DNA from: Chrysomallon squamiferum
Taxonomy: Eukaryota; Animalia; Mollusca
DNA length: 64,000 bases
Direction: 5' to 3'
Assembly: GCA_012295275.1 (NCBI GenBank)
Contig: CM022665.1
Location: 18,538,001 to 18,602,000 of the forward strand
Under the pieces are notes generated by a model that was not told where the DNA came from, did no database searches, and saw only the letters and a program-made list of their open reading frames with translations. Numbering within the stretch: the stretch's first letter is position 1; each line of letters starts with the position of its first letter. A program made the translations under genes and the position numbers. This document shows, one piece after another, positions 1 to 13,137 of the stretch.

Positions 1-33
1 TCTTATTTTTCTCTATTTATCAATCTTCATCAG

Positions 34-131
34 GTTGTCCTCTTCGTGGTGTTGCCAGGTCAAGAATTGACTTGTTTGTTGGAGTTTCTGGGTGGTGCTG
101 TATAGATCATTTCTGTGTGTTAATGGTGTAG
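34..131 (+). other. Candidate upstream non-coding (5' UTR) exon
   Basis: A pyrimidine tract plus CAG ends at 33 and a strong donor TAG|GTAAGA lies at 131/132. The ATG-bearing exon begins at an acceptor (6070/6071), so some upstream exon is required. Confidence 0.4.
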
Positions 132-514
132 GTAAGAGTTGTTTTCAATGTGATGTTAGGATGGGACTGTGTAGGAGGATGTTTTCTATGGTTTCAGTTG
201 TAAAAATTTAGTTCAGATAAATGAGGGTAAATAGAGATAAATAAGATGTCAGAATAATAAGTCAGGATCACAGAGCATTTATTTTTTTTTTTTTAGTTTT
301 TCTTATTAAAAAAGGGGAAATTTGTCTTTACCAATTCAAATTTCAAAACTTGTGCAAGATAAAAGCTTTTCCTTGCAAGATACAAGCTTTTTACCTTTCT
401 TAAATATTGTACTTTGCCAGAAATGAGCAATTAAAAAACAAATTGTTTGTAAATAACACTTTTCTTATCTTTCATTCTTATAACATGCAGAGCCAAAATG
501 ATTAGAGGTGATTT

Positions 515-870
515 TGAAGCAAATGGTTTAGACAGCATAACCTTTTAAATGATATAAGTGAAAAAAAAACCACATTTCTTATTCTCCTTATTTTTAGAGA
601 TATAGTACATGTTATTTAATTATGCAGTGTTTTGTTTTGAGTGTTTTTAGTTATGTTAATTTGTGGTTGAGGGGAAATTGGCAAAGGAGCAAGGTTAAAG
701 CAAATGGTTTTGTTTTAATAGAGTAACCTTTTAAATGACACAAGAAAAAAATTGGATAATTAATTTCTTATTCTTCTTATTTTTTGAGATATAGTACATA
801 TTATTTAATTTATTTTGAGTATGTTTTTAGTTACATTAATTTGTGGCTGAGGGAAATTTGGCAAGGAAAC
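515..870. repeat. Two-copy direct duplication, unit about 180 bp
   Basis: aagcaaatggttt...taaccttttaaatga...gagatatagtaca...ttaatttgtgg..gaggg..ttggcaa occurs twice. Confidence 0.85.
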
Positions 871-974
871 ACACTTGTAACTCGTTTATTTAAAAATGGT
901 TAGCTTGATTTATTTATGGAAGTTAATTCAATTATTATTGGGATATTCTTTTGTTCAGTCTGTTCTGGTGCCAG

Positions 975-1474
975 TGAAATGGGAAAACAGGTGATAAAAT
1001 AAATCATAAATAGATAGCTTTCATGATTATTTCAAAAAATCACTGGAATGGATCACTTTTACATATTACTTTAGGAGTTGTGTCTGATGTTTTTTTTTGT
1101 GTTTTTTTGGTGGGGTTGTTTTATTTTATTTATTTTATATTTTTTTTATTTTTAGCTTCTAATCTTATGCCATCTCCTAACTTACAGAAGATCGATTTAA
1201 CATATAAATTTGCTAAATGTTTAAATTTAATTAAAGGAATATGTCAAACTGACTTTCCTAATGCTAACCAGTATGAAAAACATGCACTGCCATATGTCAT
1301 GTGTAAAATAGGAAAACAGGTGATAAAATAAATCATAAATAGATAGTTTTCAAGATTATTTCACAAAATCACTGGAATGGATCTCTGTTACATATTATTT
1401 TAGGAGTTTGTGTCTTTTTTTTGTTTTTTTTTTTTGTCGAACTTCTTTCTTTCTTTCTTTCTTTTCTTTTTTCC

Positions 1475-1509
<35 letters not shown>

Positions 1510-2320
1510 TTATGATTATTATTATCATTATTTATTTATTTATTTATTTATTATGATTATTATTTTTTTTTTTTTTGGGGAATAAAAATTTTAATTTTTC
1601 GCTTCCAGTCTTGTGCCTTATCCTAGCTTACAGAAGATGAATTTAACATATAAATTAGCTAAATGTATTCATTTAACAAAGGAATAAGTTTAACTGACTT
1701 GCACTGCCATATGTCTATTAAGAATATCAAAAAAATTATAAAACAAACCATAAATAGATAGTTTTTGTGATTATTTTACAAAATCACTTGGATGGATCTT
1801 CTATTACATATTACTGTAGGAGTTGTGTCTTTTTCTCTTTTTTTTGGAGGGAGTGCTGGTGTTTTATTCTTTTCTTCTTTTTTTTTGTACTATTAATTGT
1901 TTATGTTTTATCTTTTAATCCTATGCCATCTCCTAGCTTACAGAAGATGTATTTAACATATAAATTTGCTAAATGTTTAAATTTAAATAAAGGAATATGT
2001 CACAATGCCTTAATGCTAGTCAGCAAGAGAAACAAGTATTGCCATGAGTCGTGTAAAATAGGAAAACAGGAGATTAAATTATTTCACAAAATCACAATGA
2101 TGGATCTCTATTACATATTATTTTAGGAGTTTGTGTTTATTTATTTATTTATTTTTATTATTATTATTATTTTTTAAATTTAATTTTGTTGTTTTCTTTT
2201 CAGAATTATTATTTTTTTTCTAATCTTCTAATCTTCTACCATATCCTAGCTTACAGAATTTAACGTAAATTTGCTAAATGTATAATTTAATTAAATTAAT
2301 ATGTCAAACTTCCCATAAGT
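975..2320. repeat. Degenerate tandem array, about 4 copies of a 300-420 bp unit with variable T-rich inserts
   Basis: Recurrent ggaaaacaggtgataaaataaatcataaatagatag / aaaatcactggaatggatc / tcctagcttacagaagat / taaatttgctaaatg. Explains the similarity of ORFs 1023 and 1767. Confidence 0.9.
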
Positions 2321-4674
2321 CAATTGTAAAATGTTTGAAACTCATTTTATATTATGACAATGATTTCAAAATTGTTATTTGTATTTTCTGATTAATTAAA
2401 ATTTGAACAACCAAAACACCACCACCAACAACAATATAAATATATATTAATAAATAAAAAATAATTTTTTCCCTCTCATCCAAAATCCACTGTAGGTATC
2501 TCTTATTATACTTACTGAGGTTGTCATTAGCATCATTATTTATTGGTCATGTTCTTATCATTTAGAACATAAGTATTAAGGTATAATTCATTTTTTGTAT
2601 CTTTTTTTTTTGTAGACTGTTTGAATGATGAAAAAAGAAAGAACGTGCACACACATACACACAATTTAGAAATAAATATATGCATGATAAAATTAATCAT
2701 TAATTCTAAAAATAAATTTCAAAATTTATTATTTTGTTTGTTTATTTTTCTTTTGTTTAATTTATTGATTTAATTATTACCTGGCTACAAAACCTTTATG
2801 TCAGCACTGGTACTCAAGAATAAATGACTATGATTAATAAAATGGATAGTTTTTGTCTTTACTGTCATATATTTAATGCAAATCATCCTTATTTTTACGT
2901 GTTTTATATATACACATTAAAACAGTCTGTATATTATGCAGAAAATGGATCTGTATTTTCAACAGAGCACTTTCATTGGTATTAAATGTATATAATACAT
3001 TAAAAAACATAATTAAAATATATTTTATATATACACATTAAGATCTGTATTTTCGACAGAGCACTCTCATTGATATTAAATGTATACATGATATAATGTA
3101 AAACAAATATTTTAAAATTTATTTTATATATAGTATATAAACATTCTGACAGTGTATATTATACAGAAAACACCTCTGTATGAACGCTCTCATCGGTATG
3201 CCATTGCAGCAAGTGTTATGTGTATAATAAGATGCGGCATCTTGGCTGAATGTGGGTAATTGACACTTTATTAGGTTCACTGCCTGAGACTGTACACTGG
3301 TATTCAGTAATAAATTGCTTCCATTACATGTGGTCCTCTGAATGCCGGGTGACTTTGGCAGATTGTTAACATTTTTGATAACATCAGTGTTTCAATAAAT
3401 TTGTTCAGAAGACAGCAGTGTTACAATAAAATATTCAAACAGAGTTAGCAGAAAAGATCAGCATTTGCCCACAAGCCAAAATAAATAAATCAAATAATAA
3501 TAATAAGAAGAAGAAGAAGAAGAAGAAGAAAGAAAATTAAAAAAAAATTAAAATACAAATGAAATTAATAAAAATTAAAAATTGGCTTTCAGAATTTTTT
3601 ATTGTGATAGCCTGATGCTGAATAAAAAGGAGAATGTGGGATTCATAATAAAACCATCAAAGTATGAGGCTAATGTTCTATAAAATGTCTGTTGATTACT
3701 AGATAATTATTTTCTTTTTAATTGTATATTTTGAAAAAATAAATAATAATAACAACAACAACAATAACAAAAAATAAATAAATAAATAAGTAAATAATGA
3801 AAAAAGGTGAAAAAATGAAATAAAATTAAAGAAGGAATAATAGTAAAGAAAAGATAAGAAAACAAATCTCACCACTCATAAAAACAGTATTAATTATTAC
3901 AGTTTTTAAAAATATTGAAATTATGTTTATTTAAAATTGTGTGTTTTGCTCTGTACTCTTCTAACAACTAACTAATTCTGAAGTCTTCATTTTAGATAAT
4001 TTATAACAGTTACTGTTCTACTTTTGGTGTCAGATTCTAAGATTTCAAAATGTCATCACTTCTGCTGACACCCACTAATATTTAGGTGTATAATTTTCAA
4101 CAAATTCATTAACCGGCTTCATTACCACAGAGAGCCATTCCTTGATTGATAATGAGTTTTTGATACATGACCCTTTGATTGAACAAGTTCTTTTCTGATG
4201 ATGGCCAATGAGAAACATCTTAGATTTTGCGGTGGGCTGTAAAATTCTTGCACTTGACTGCCGCTTAATGCAATACATACATGTATCTGGAGATTGCATT
4301 TAATCATGCATGCAAAACAATCATTATGATTAAAAGTACACAAGTTTATATGACTGTTGTGTTAACTCTTTACAGCCTGAACCTCTTTGAATCAGTATGG
4401 CAACAGCACCATAATTTGTAGTTATTAATTCCCCCTGACTAAATTTAATGAAATTCTTGAACATATTTCATTTCTTTGTGGGTTTTTCTTATTGTTTTCA
4501 TCAGAAGGTTTTTTTATGTGCTTTCTGGTTGTGTTATTTGCATGAATTATTTCGATATTAAATATTATATTATGAGTAGTGTAAGATTGTTATAGATTTA
4601 TGTAGCTCAGATGTCATTAAAGAAAACAGCATTCAGAATATTTTTTCTGTTTGAATGACTTATGCAGCTGTTAG

Positions 4675-5062
4675 TAATCATTAAATATTTTTATATATAT
4701 CAAAATCATTAAATGTTTTTTATATACATATCTTCATCTTTAAATGTTTTTATATATTTCTTCATCATTAAATGTTTTTATATTTTTCTTTATCATTAAA
4801 TGTTTTTATATGTTTCTTTATCGTTAAATGTTTTTATACACAACTTTCTCATTAATGGTTTTTATACATATAATCATGAAATGTTTTATATATATATATC
4901 TTCATCATTAAATGTTTTTATATATATCATAATCATTAAATGTTTTTATATATATCACAATCATTAAATGTTTTTATATATCATAATCATTAAATGTTTT
5001 TATATATATTATAATCATTAAATGTTTTTATATATATATCAAAATTGTTAAATGTTTTTATC
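4675..5062. repeat. Minisatellite, unit about 25-30 bp (atcattaaatgtttttatatat)
   Basis: More than a dozen adjacent copies are visible. Confidence 0.92.
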
Positions 5063-6111
5063 TGTAACAGAATTAAAAGCAACTATGATGTCATTCTTAA
5101 TTCATCAGAGCAGATAATGTTTTTTATTTAATATTTAAAATTAATAATAGCAGCAGTAGTAGTAGTAGTTGTTATAATAATAATAACTATAATTAAGATA
5201 TTAAAATAATAATAATAATAATATATAAAAACCATATAATTTTGTCTCACTGAATGGAATAAAAAAACACATTCCCAAATCAAGTTTATTTACATTTGAA
5301 GCACCCCAGTAAGCCTTGAAGTTTTGACAGCTTTTACCTTAACTATTTTTATCTTTACTGTTACAAAAAACAAAAACAAGAACAAAACAACAAAAACAAC
5401 CAAAAAACAAAACAAACAACTTCGAACAACAACAAACACACCAAATAAAGAAATCCCTCAACATTATTTTTTTTTTATTATTATTATTATTATTATAATA
5501 AAAGAAAGAAACTGATGACATGGACATTTTAAAGAAAGATTATTAACATAAAGACTCTTTGGAAAGTTCTTGCTTATTTATCAGATAGGTTGATAATCTG
5601 AGAGCAATAAACATACAATTAAAGCTTAGGTTCCTGAAATAACTTTTGGATGTGCAGAGATAACCACATAATTAATATCTCTCTTGGTTCATGACTTGAG
5701 AACAGGTGATGTTTCCTTAACTGTGATAAAAAATTTGAAAGATTCATAATTTGGTTCACCTTTCTTCAGATTCTTTGGATTTTGTTTTTAGTTAGGCTTG
5801 TTAATGGTAACTCAATGGTAAATGAATGAATAATTTAAATAGTGTTTTTTTTAAAATCTTTTTCACTTTTCAGTAAAGGTCCTTTGATTTGCTGTTTTTA
5901 TTTTATTTATTTTAATTCTTGAAACAAAATAAGTAAAAATCCAACAACAACAACAATAATAAAAACAAAAATAATGAAAACTCCTGTTTTATTTAATTTG
6001 GTCCTTTATGGAAATTCTATCAAACATTTTTTAAAATGATTTATCTATTTATTCATTTATTTATTTTCAGGTGGTGTATATTCACCCACATCAGCAATGA
6101 TGAGTTGAATT

Positions 6112-6203
6112 ATGGGTAATAAGCTGTGTGCACCACTGCTGAAGAGGAGTTATCGAAATGACAGTTACCCTTGGCATGCTCGAAAAGATTCACATTTACT
6201 AAG
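6112..6203 (+). CDS. sif: Coding exon 1 (exon starts 6071): [30 protein letters not shown](R); Gly2 myristoylation-type N-terminus
   Basis: Acceptor ttttcag at 6070, in-frame stop just upstream of the ATG, donor AG|gtgag (phase 2). Resembles the Drosophila SIF type 1 N-terminus. Confidence 0.92.
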
Positions 6204-9200
6204 GTGAGAATAATTTTTATTATGTACAGTATATGTTAGTTTTTATCATATATCTGTATGTAACATCTGTATTTATGGTTTACTTGTAACATCTCATTAT
6301 AAACAGTATATATCTATACTAAGGTGAGGACATTTTTATTATATATGATACATATCAGTTTTTATGATATACTTGTAATATCTCTGAATAAACAAAACAT
6401 ATCTCTTGATATTATTATTATTGTGGTTAATATTTGTATCATTTAATTTTTTTTTTTTTTTTTTAAATATTATTAATGGACTAATGTTGTTATTATTATG
6501 AAGTAATTAATCAATCAATCATTTTATTTATTTTTTCAATGTATTTATTCAGTTGAGGTCTATCTAGACTACACTTATTTTAAAACAAATTTTAGGTTGA
6601 TGTATCAAGGTTTTATTTTTTAAATGATAGGAGTAAGATTTTTAATAAAATCCATCATATTATCTGTAGCATGACAGGCAGTTGCCATCAAAGGGTGTTT
6701 AACTACAAACACTGACGTGAAAATTATTGACATTTTCAAACATTCATTACAATCTTTTGTTATTTTCTTCTAAATCCCATTAAGGAAAAGCGATTGAACC
6801 ACAGCAGTTGATGTGTTCTTACATTTGTGTTATCTCGCAGTTTCATTATTACTTGTAATGAGGTTTGCATGATTAAAATCCACCATTATTGTAATCTTCA
6901 GAGGATGTATGTAAAAGGAAATAACAACTGATTTGGTCTATTAAATGCATTGTAGGCTAATATTTGCTTCTATTGCTTTTTTTTCTTTGCTTTTTTTTAA
7001 TAACAACAATAAGCAAGAAAGAAAAAAAATGCAATAGGATGTAGCTATGTGATAAAGCAATAATCTAATTTGACAAATAATTCAATAGACAATGTTTTTT
7101 TTTTCATCAATAAATGAATCAAATTAGCAACAAATGAAATATATTCATAAAGAACTACATGTTTTTTTCTAATATTACTATCAAGTATCATTATGCAAAT
7201 ATAATTTGGTCACTTCTGTTTGGTCTGAAGACATAATGTTTTTCTAACATCACTACCAGTATTCACTTCTGCTTGGTCATCATTAATTTTGTAATTAAGT
7301 TATGTCGTGTCATTTGATATTTTAATTAAACTCTTACACTTGGCTAGAATATTGGTCCCAGTGTCTGGATATAATGATTACACAGGGTGAAAACACTTGT
7401 GCATGACTGTAACCACCTTCATACATCAAGCAGTACTTAGCATTATGAGTAATTTTATATAGTGAGTTATAACAAAATCTCTGTTGTATTTTATCACATT
7501 TTGCAATGGTCTGGTACAGACTCTGGGTCCCTGAAAACCTCTACCATTATTTAAATTTATTGCAGTCAAATAATATTGTCTATATATATATAGTAATTAA
7601 ACCTGTTTGCACATTGATGTATGATAACCTTTTTGGATTAGTTCCACTACTTTCTGTATTTCTTCCTTTATTGTTCACTTATTGTCACTGGATTCTTTTT
7701 ATTATATTATATTATTTTTTATTACTATGATCATTTCCAGCCAAGCAGACGTAATAGTTTAGACAATAGACACGCTGCTCAAGTTACCAAGATAATTACA
7801 TTAGCAGACTTGACCAGTTTGTATTGCTTGCAGTGTAGTTGTCTTCTTCCTCTATTCTTAGAAATTAGAACACAGCCAGCATGGCAATAAAAAAATATAA
7901 AAACAAATATAAGAAAGTAACAGAAATTATACTATATTGTCTAAGAAAGAAGACAAGCTTCGAAGAAAATTTTTTGTTCATGAAATCATATCCTCCTAGG
8001 TGGCAGAATAGATATTGATTTTGCAAATCAAACATATTTATATAGATTTTAATGGACTGGTGCCAGGAGAGAGATGCAGTAAGATGGATGGTTGTGTCTG
8101 GAAAAGACCAGTTTTTCAATTTTTTTTTTTCAAATGCTGAAAAGAAGGAACTTTAACCTTAGGAGATATTAACTTCTGTTTTTTTGAAGGGAACATCAGG
8201 TGTCTTAAGGAAATAGTTTTTCATTCCTTAAAGTAATTTTTTATTGCAGAATAAAACTAGTTACAAATTATTCTGACTGAATAATTATTTTTGTTATGCA
8301 GCAGTTAAACACTCTATTTTCAATTTAATTTACCCAAAAATAGAAATCAAACACAGTTTTGTAAAAAAAAAAAAATATTAAAAAAATGCCACCGATTTTT
8401 GCACTGATTTGCTTTTTCTTTAACTTTTATTAAGGCCGATGAAATATTAATACTTGATGTTAGAAAATGTATTTTACTGTTGAGTCCACTTAGCAGAAAT
8501 CAATAGAACAGCTAGAAGGTATTTAGAGGAGTCTGGCAGAATGTACAGGAGTCACACAGACACAAAATGGATTACAATCTTACATTCAACCTTCTAATTC
8601 TGTGTAGGAATCTACAGCAACTCTACAAACGATCCCAGTCGAGGTACGGAGCTGTCAGCATCTATTCCATGTTATTTGATCTGTGTAAAATAGAAAGAAA
8701 AAAAAAATGGATGAAACTTGAGATCTGAGAGAAAAAAGAAAGAAAAGGAAATTATCCTGAGAGGGAAATTTCTCTGATTAACCTTCAGAGATTCCGAATT
8801 TGATTGTCTGAAATTTTATTTTTTTTATTTATTTTATTTTTTTTTGATGATAATAAGTAAGTGTCAGTGTAAATATTTTTTTGGCACTGTTCCATTAGAG
8901 AATGGTTCAAGCAAGCTTGTGATGGACAAAGTATCTTTGTGTCTTCAGAGTCTTATTAAATAGGCCATTTAAAGTGGTAGAGCATTATTATTTGAGGGTA
9001 CATTGTTTTAACGTAAAATATACAGTCAAACAGTTAATAATGAGGTTGTACTGTTTAAATGTAAAATGTACAGATAATCTGTTAATACAGTTAATTATTT
9101 GAGGTTGTACAGTTTAAATGTAAAATGTACAGATAATCTGTTAATACAGTTAATTATTTGAGGTTGTACAGTTTAAATGTAAAATGTGCAGTTTAACTGT

Positions 9201-11138
9201 TAATTACTTGATGTTTTACTGTTTAAATGTAAAATGTGCAGTACTGTATGCTGTACTGTTTAAATGTAAAATTTATAGTCAAACAGTTAATACAGTTAAT
9301 TATTTGAGTACGTACATTTTAAATGTACTGTTTAAATGTTAAATATAGAAAGAAATTTGATTATGAAATATAACACCTTTTTTTTTCTTTTCTTTTTTTT
9401 CAGATTGTGGGCTGATGTTTTCAAGGTACATGGAAATGGAGAATACATGCGATGGCAGAGGGTGTCTGATGATGTTGTTCCCATCAACATCACCTGTATT
9501 GAGGACACACCCAACACTGTTTTTCAGATAACAGCCTACAACAGACATGTGGAGAAGATATTTGATGTCAAGATCTCACAACCAGGTTTAAAACATTTTT
9601 TTTAAATTGTGGTTAAAATTCTTTCTACATTCTATGTGTGTGTGTGTGCGCGCTTGTCTTTGTATCTATATTTCATCTGTTGTTATTTTCCTTAAATTCT
9701 TTCTGTGTTTTCTCTGTCTGTCTTTTTTCTGTATATTTTATCTGTTGTTATTTTTCTTAAAATGAAAATCTTTCTATATGCTGTATTTTTTTGTCTGGGT
9801 GTGTCTGTGTGTTTTTTTTTTTATGTATATTATTTCAGTCTGTATAGTTATTTCTGTTTCATTAAAAAAAAAAAAAAAAAAAAATCAATTTATCAGAATA
9901 TTATTTTACTTTTTAGTTAATTACAATTAATAAATTTTTCTTATTACATATATGAAAATCTGTTAATTGATTCTTTTGGCTTTTAATAATTAGATTTTGT
10001 ATCTTAAAATTAATTCAGAATGCTATGAATTAATGCTTATCTTAGTGACCTTACAGATATCTCATTCAGACTGTATACAAGTGTATACTGTTTAATCGTG
10101 TGAACTTCCACATTAAATGCTGCTACAGCTACTGCTGCTGCTACTACTACTAGTACTACAAATACTAATAATAACAATAATTTTGATAGGATATCACTGA
10201 GAAAAATCAATGTATGTGTATGTCTGTGTAAGAGAGAGAGAAATATTCAGAGATGAAGAGAGGTAGAGGACAAAGAGGGATATAGATAGGTGTAGAGAAA
10301 CAGAGAAAGATATAGAGAGACAGAGAGAAAGAGAAAGACAGAGAAAGACTTACAGACAAAGACAGAGAGAAAGTAAGAAAGAGCAAAGAAAGACAGACAA
10401 AACAAGTCAAACACTGATTGCGCTGAATTATTACTTATAATTAAAAAAAATATTTGAATTAAATTTTATTTTATTATTATTTTTTCTTTATACATTTGAA
10501 ATCAGTGTTTTCCAATTCAAATCTTATTTTCTTGCCATTACTCAGATACTAAGATCTGAATAGTAAAATGAAGTTTGAACAAGATCATTATGATGCACAG
10601 GAATGTTTGGCTTGGATGAGTAATTGTTTCCCTTTGTGTAACTCTCCTGGCTGTAGCAACAGAAAGGAAACAGAGCTGATCTTGCAGCAGCAATCAGATA
10701 TATTCATGGAATTTGTGCCATGCCATTAGATCAGTCTGGGGCAGTGATTAAATAAACTTGTTGATTACCTAAGCTGTCAGATCTGATGAAGATTTTTCTT
10801 TAGCTTGGCAATGAATGTGACACATCTAACTTGGCAAATTAGTACTGATTTAGCTTCAGGGGACAATGCTTCATATTTTATCAGAATTATTGCTCCGGTA
10901 TTAGTCCAATAAATATTAGGAAGTTTTAATTATTCTGTTTTATTTGTGGCATTCTGTTATTTATTATTGTTATTCTTACTATTATTATTATTATTATATA
11001 TTTTATCTTTATTGTTATTATTATTGTTATTGTTCTTGTTATTATTATTATTATTATTATTATCATTACTGTCATTATTATTGTCATCATTATTATTTTA
11101 TTATTATTATTATATTCATTACATTTTTAAGGCTTTTA

Positions 11139-11169
<31 letters not shown>

Positions 11170-11194
11170 ATTCATTACATTTTTAAGGCTTTTA

Positions 11195-11225
<31 letters not shown>

Positions 11226-11632
11226 ATCATCATCATCACCATCATGATTATTGTCATTATTTTTTCTTTTTCAATTGTAATAATAATAATAATAGTATTG
11301 ATGATGTTAATAATAATTATTACAACAACAACAACAACAATAATAATGATCTATACAGACCACTAGGGAGTGCATTAAAAAATTTCAGTTCTTAGCTGTG
11401 TCGATGTATGTTGACACCTGGTGGTTTTAATAGATTAATTAAGCTGCCCTACTTTTTCTTCTGTATGTTTATTTGTTTTATTTATTTATTAATTTATTTT
11501 TATTTTTTTATTTTTTTTACCCAGTATTTATAAAAAAATAAATAAATAAATAAATAGATAAAATAAAAATAAAAGTAAAAAATTATGATAATAATAATAA
11601 TAATAATAATTATTGTTATTATTACTTTTATT

Positions 11633-11682
<50 letters not shown>

Positions 11683-13079
11683 CATCATCATCATCATTGT
11701 CGTCAGTACTAGTCGTAGTAGTAGTGGTAACAGCAGTAATAGTAGTAATAGTAGTAAGTAGTAATAAAAGTAGTAGTAGTAGTAGAAGTGATGTTAGTAG
11801 TAACAGTAAAAACAGCAGCAGTATTAAGAGTAATTATTACAATTATTAACAATAATACAATTAAGTAATTATTCATTTTCAACAGCTAATGCTAGGGTAC
11901 TCCATGAAGTCTGTGGTACAGTATTCACTATAACCTAAATTACAAATAAGTATTTATTGTAGATGTTATGACAAACAACATATGTCACACTGGATGTTTA
12001 CGTCCTGTATGTGCTTATAAGAATACAAGTGGCTAGGAAATAATTTCCATTATGCAACATATTGATTATCAATTTTTATTTTACTTCAGAGTATCATATT
12101 CACACTCTTGTTTACAAACTGCTTTGTTATATGGGTGATATTTCAGTTGTTATTTATATCAGTTTGACTGCATATAATACACTTTGACTATACATTTTTT
12201 TCTTTTAATTTTCTTTAATTTTAATTTTCTATACATATACATAGGAGAAAAAAAAACCTCATCAAAATATAAATATTACATTTCAGTCATTGTTTATGTC
12301 AGTGTGACTGTAAATAATACAATTTTATAATAGGTCTACATTTTTAAATTTTATTTATTTATTTAGTTTTATTACACATATAGAGAGAAAAAAATCCTCA
12401 AAATCTTTTTATTTTTATTATACCTAGAAAGAATAACTCAGCATCAAAATATTACATTTGAGTCATTATTTGTATCAATTTAACAGTAAATTATACAATT
12501 TGACAACACATTTTAAAAAAAAGATTTTTTTTTATTTATTTTGTTTTGTTTTACTTACATATACATTTAAAGAAAAAAGAAAAATAAGAATATTACATTT
12601 GAATTATTTTTATCAGTTTAACAGTAAATAATACAATTTGAAAATCTTTTTTTTATTATTTTTTTATTTTATTTATACGTTATGTTTTTTACTGCATATA
12701 AACACTGAAAGAAAATTAAAAAGAATATTACATATGATTACTTTTATATTTATTTAATTTTTTATATTTTTTATATTTTATTATTATTGTTGTTGTTGTT
12801 GTTGTTGTTGTACCACACATATAAATAGAAAAAAAAATTAAAATAAAATTTTTACCTTTTAGTCATTATTTATATCAGTTTAAATGTGAATGATACCACT
12901 TGATAATAAAAAAATTTAAAATTTTATTTATTATTTTTTAAAAATTTGTTGCTGCACATAAAAACAAAAACTAAATAAAAATATTACATGAGTCACTATT
13001 TATTTCCATTTAATTGTAAATAATTAATGTGACTGTACTTTGTTTTTTAATTTTTTTTATTAATTTTATTTTGTTTTAC

Positions 13080-13137
<58 letters not shown>

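Noticed and set aside
1023-2126. Two similar ORFs (102 aa and 119 aa) that look like a paralogous pair of small membrane proteins
   Set aside because: They are translations of copies of a non-coding tandem repeat. The other copies are frame-disrupted and the hydrophobic parts come from T-rich simple sequence.
10944-11849. Poly-Leu/Tyr/Ile/Asn ORFs here and at 31144, 36638, 40939, 48719 and similar positions
   Set aside because: Translations of (ATT)n, (AAT)n and (GAT)n microsatellites.
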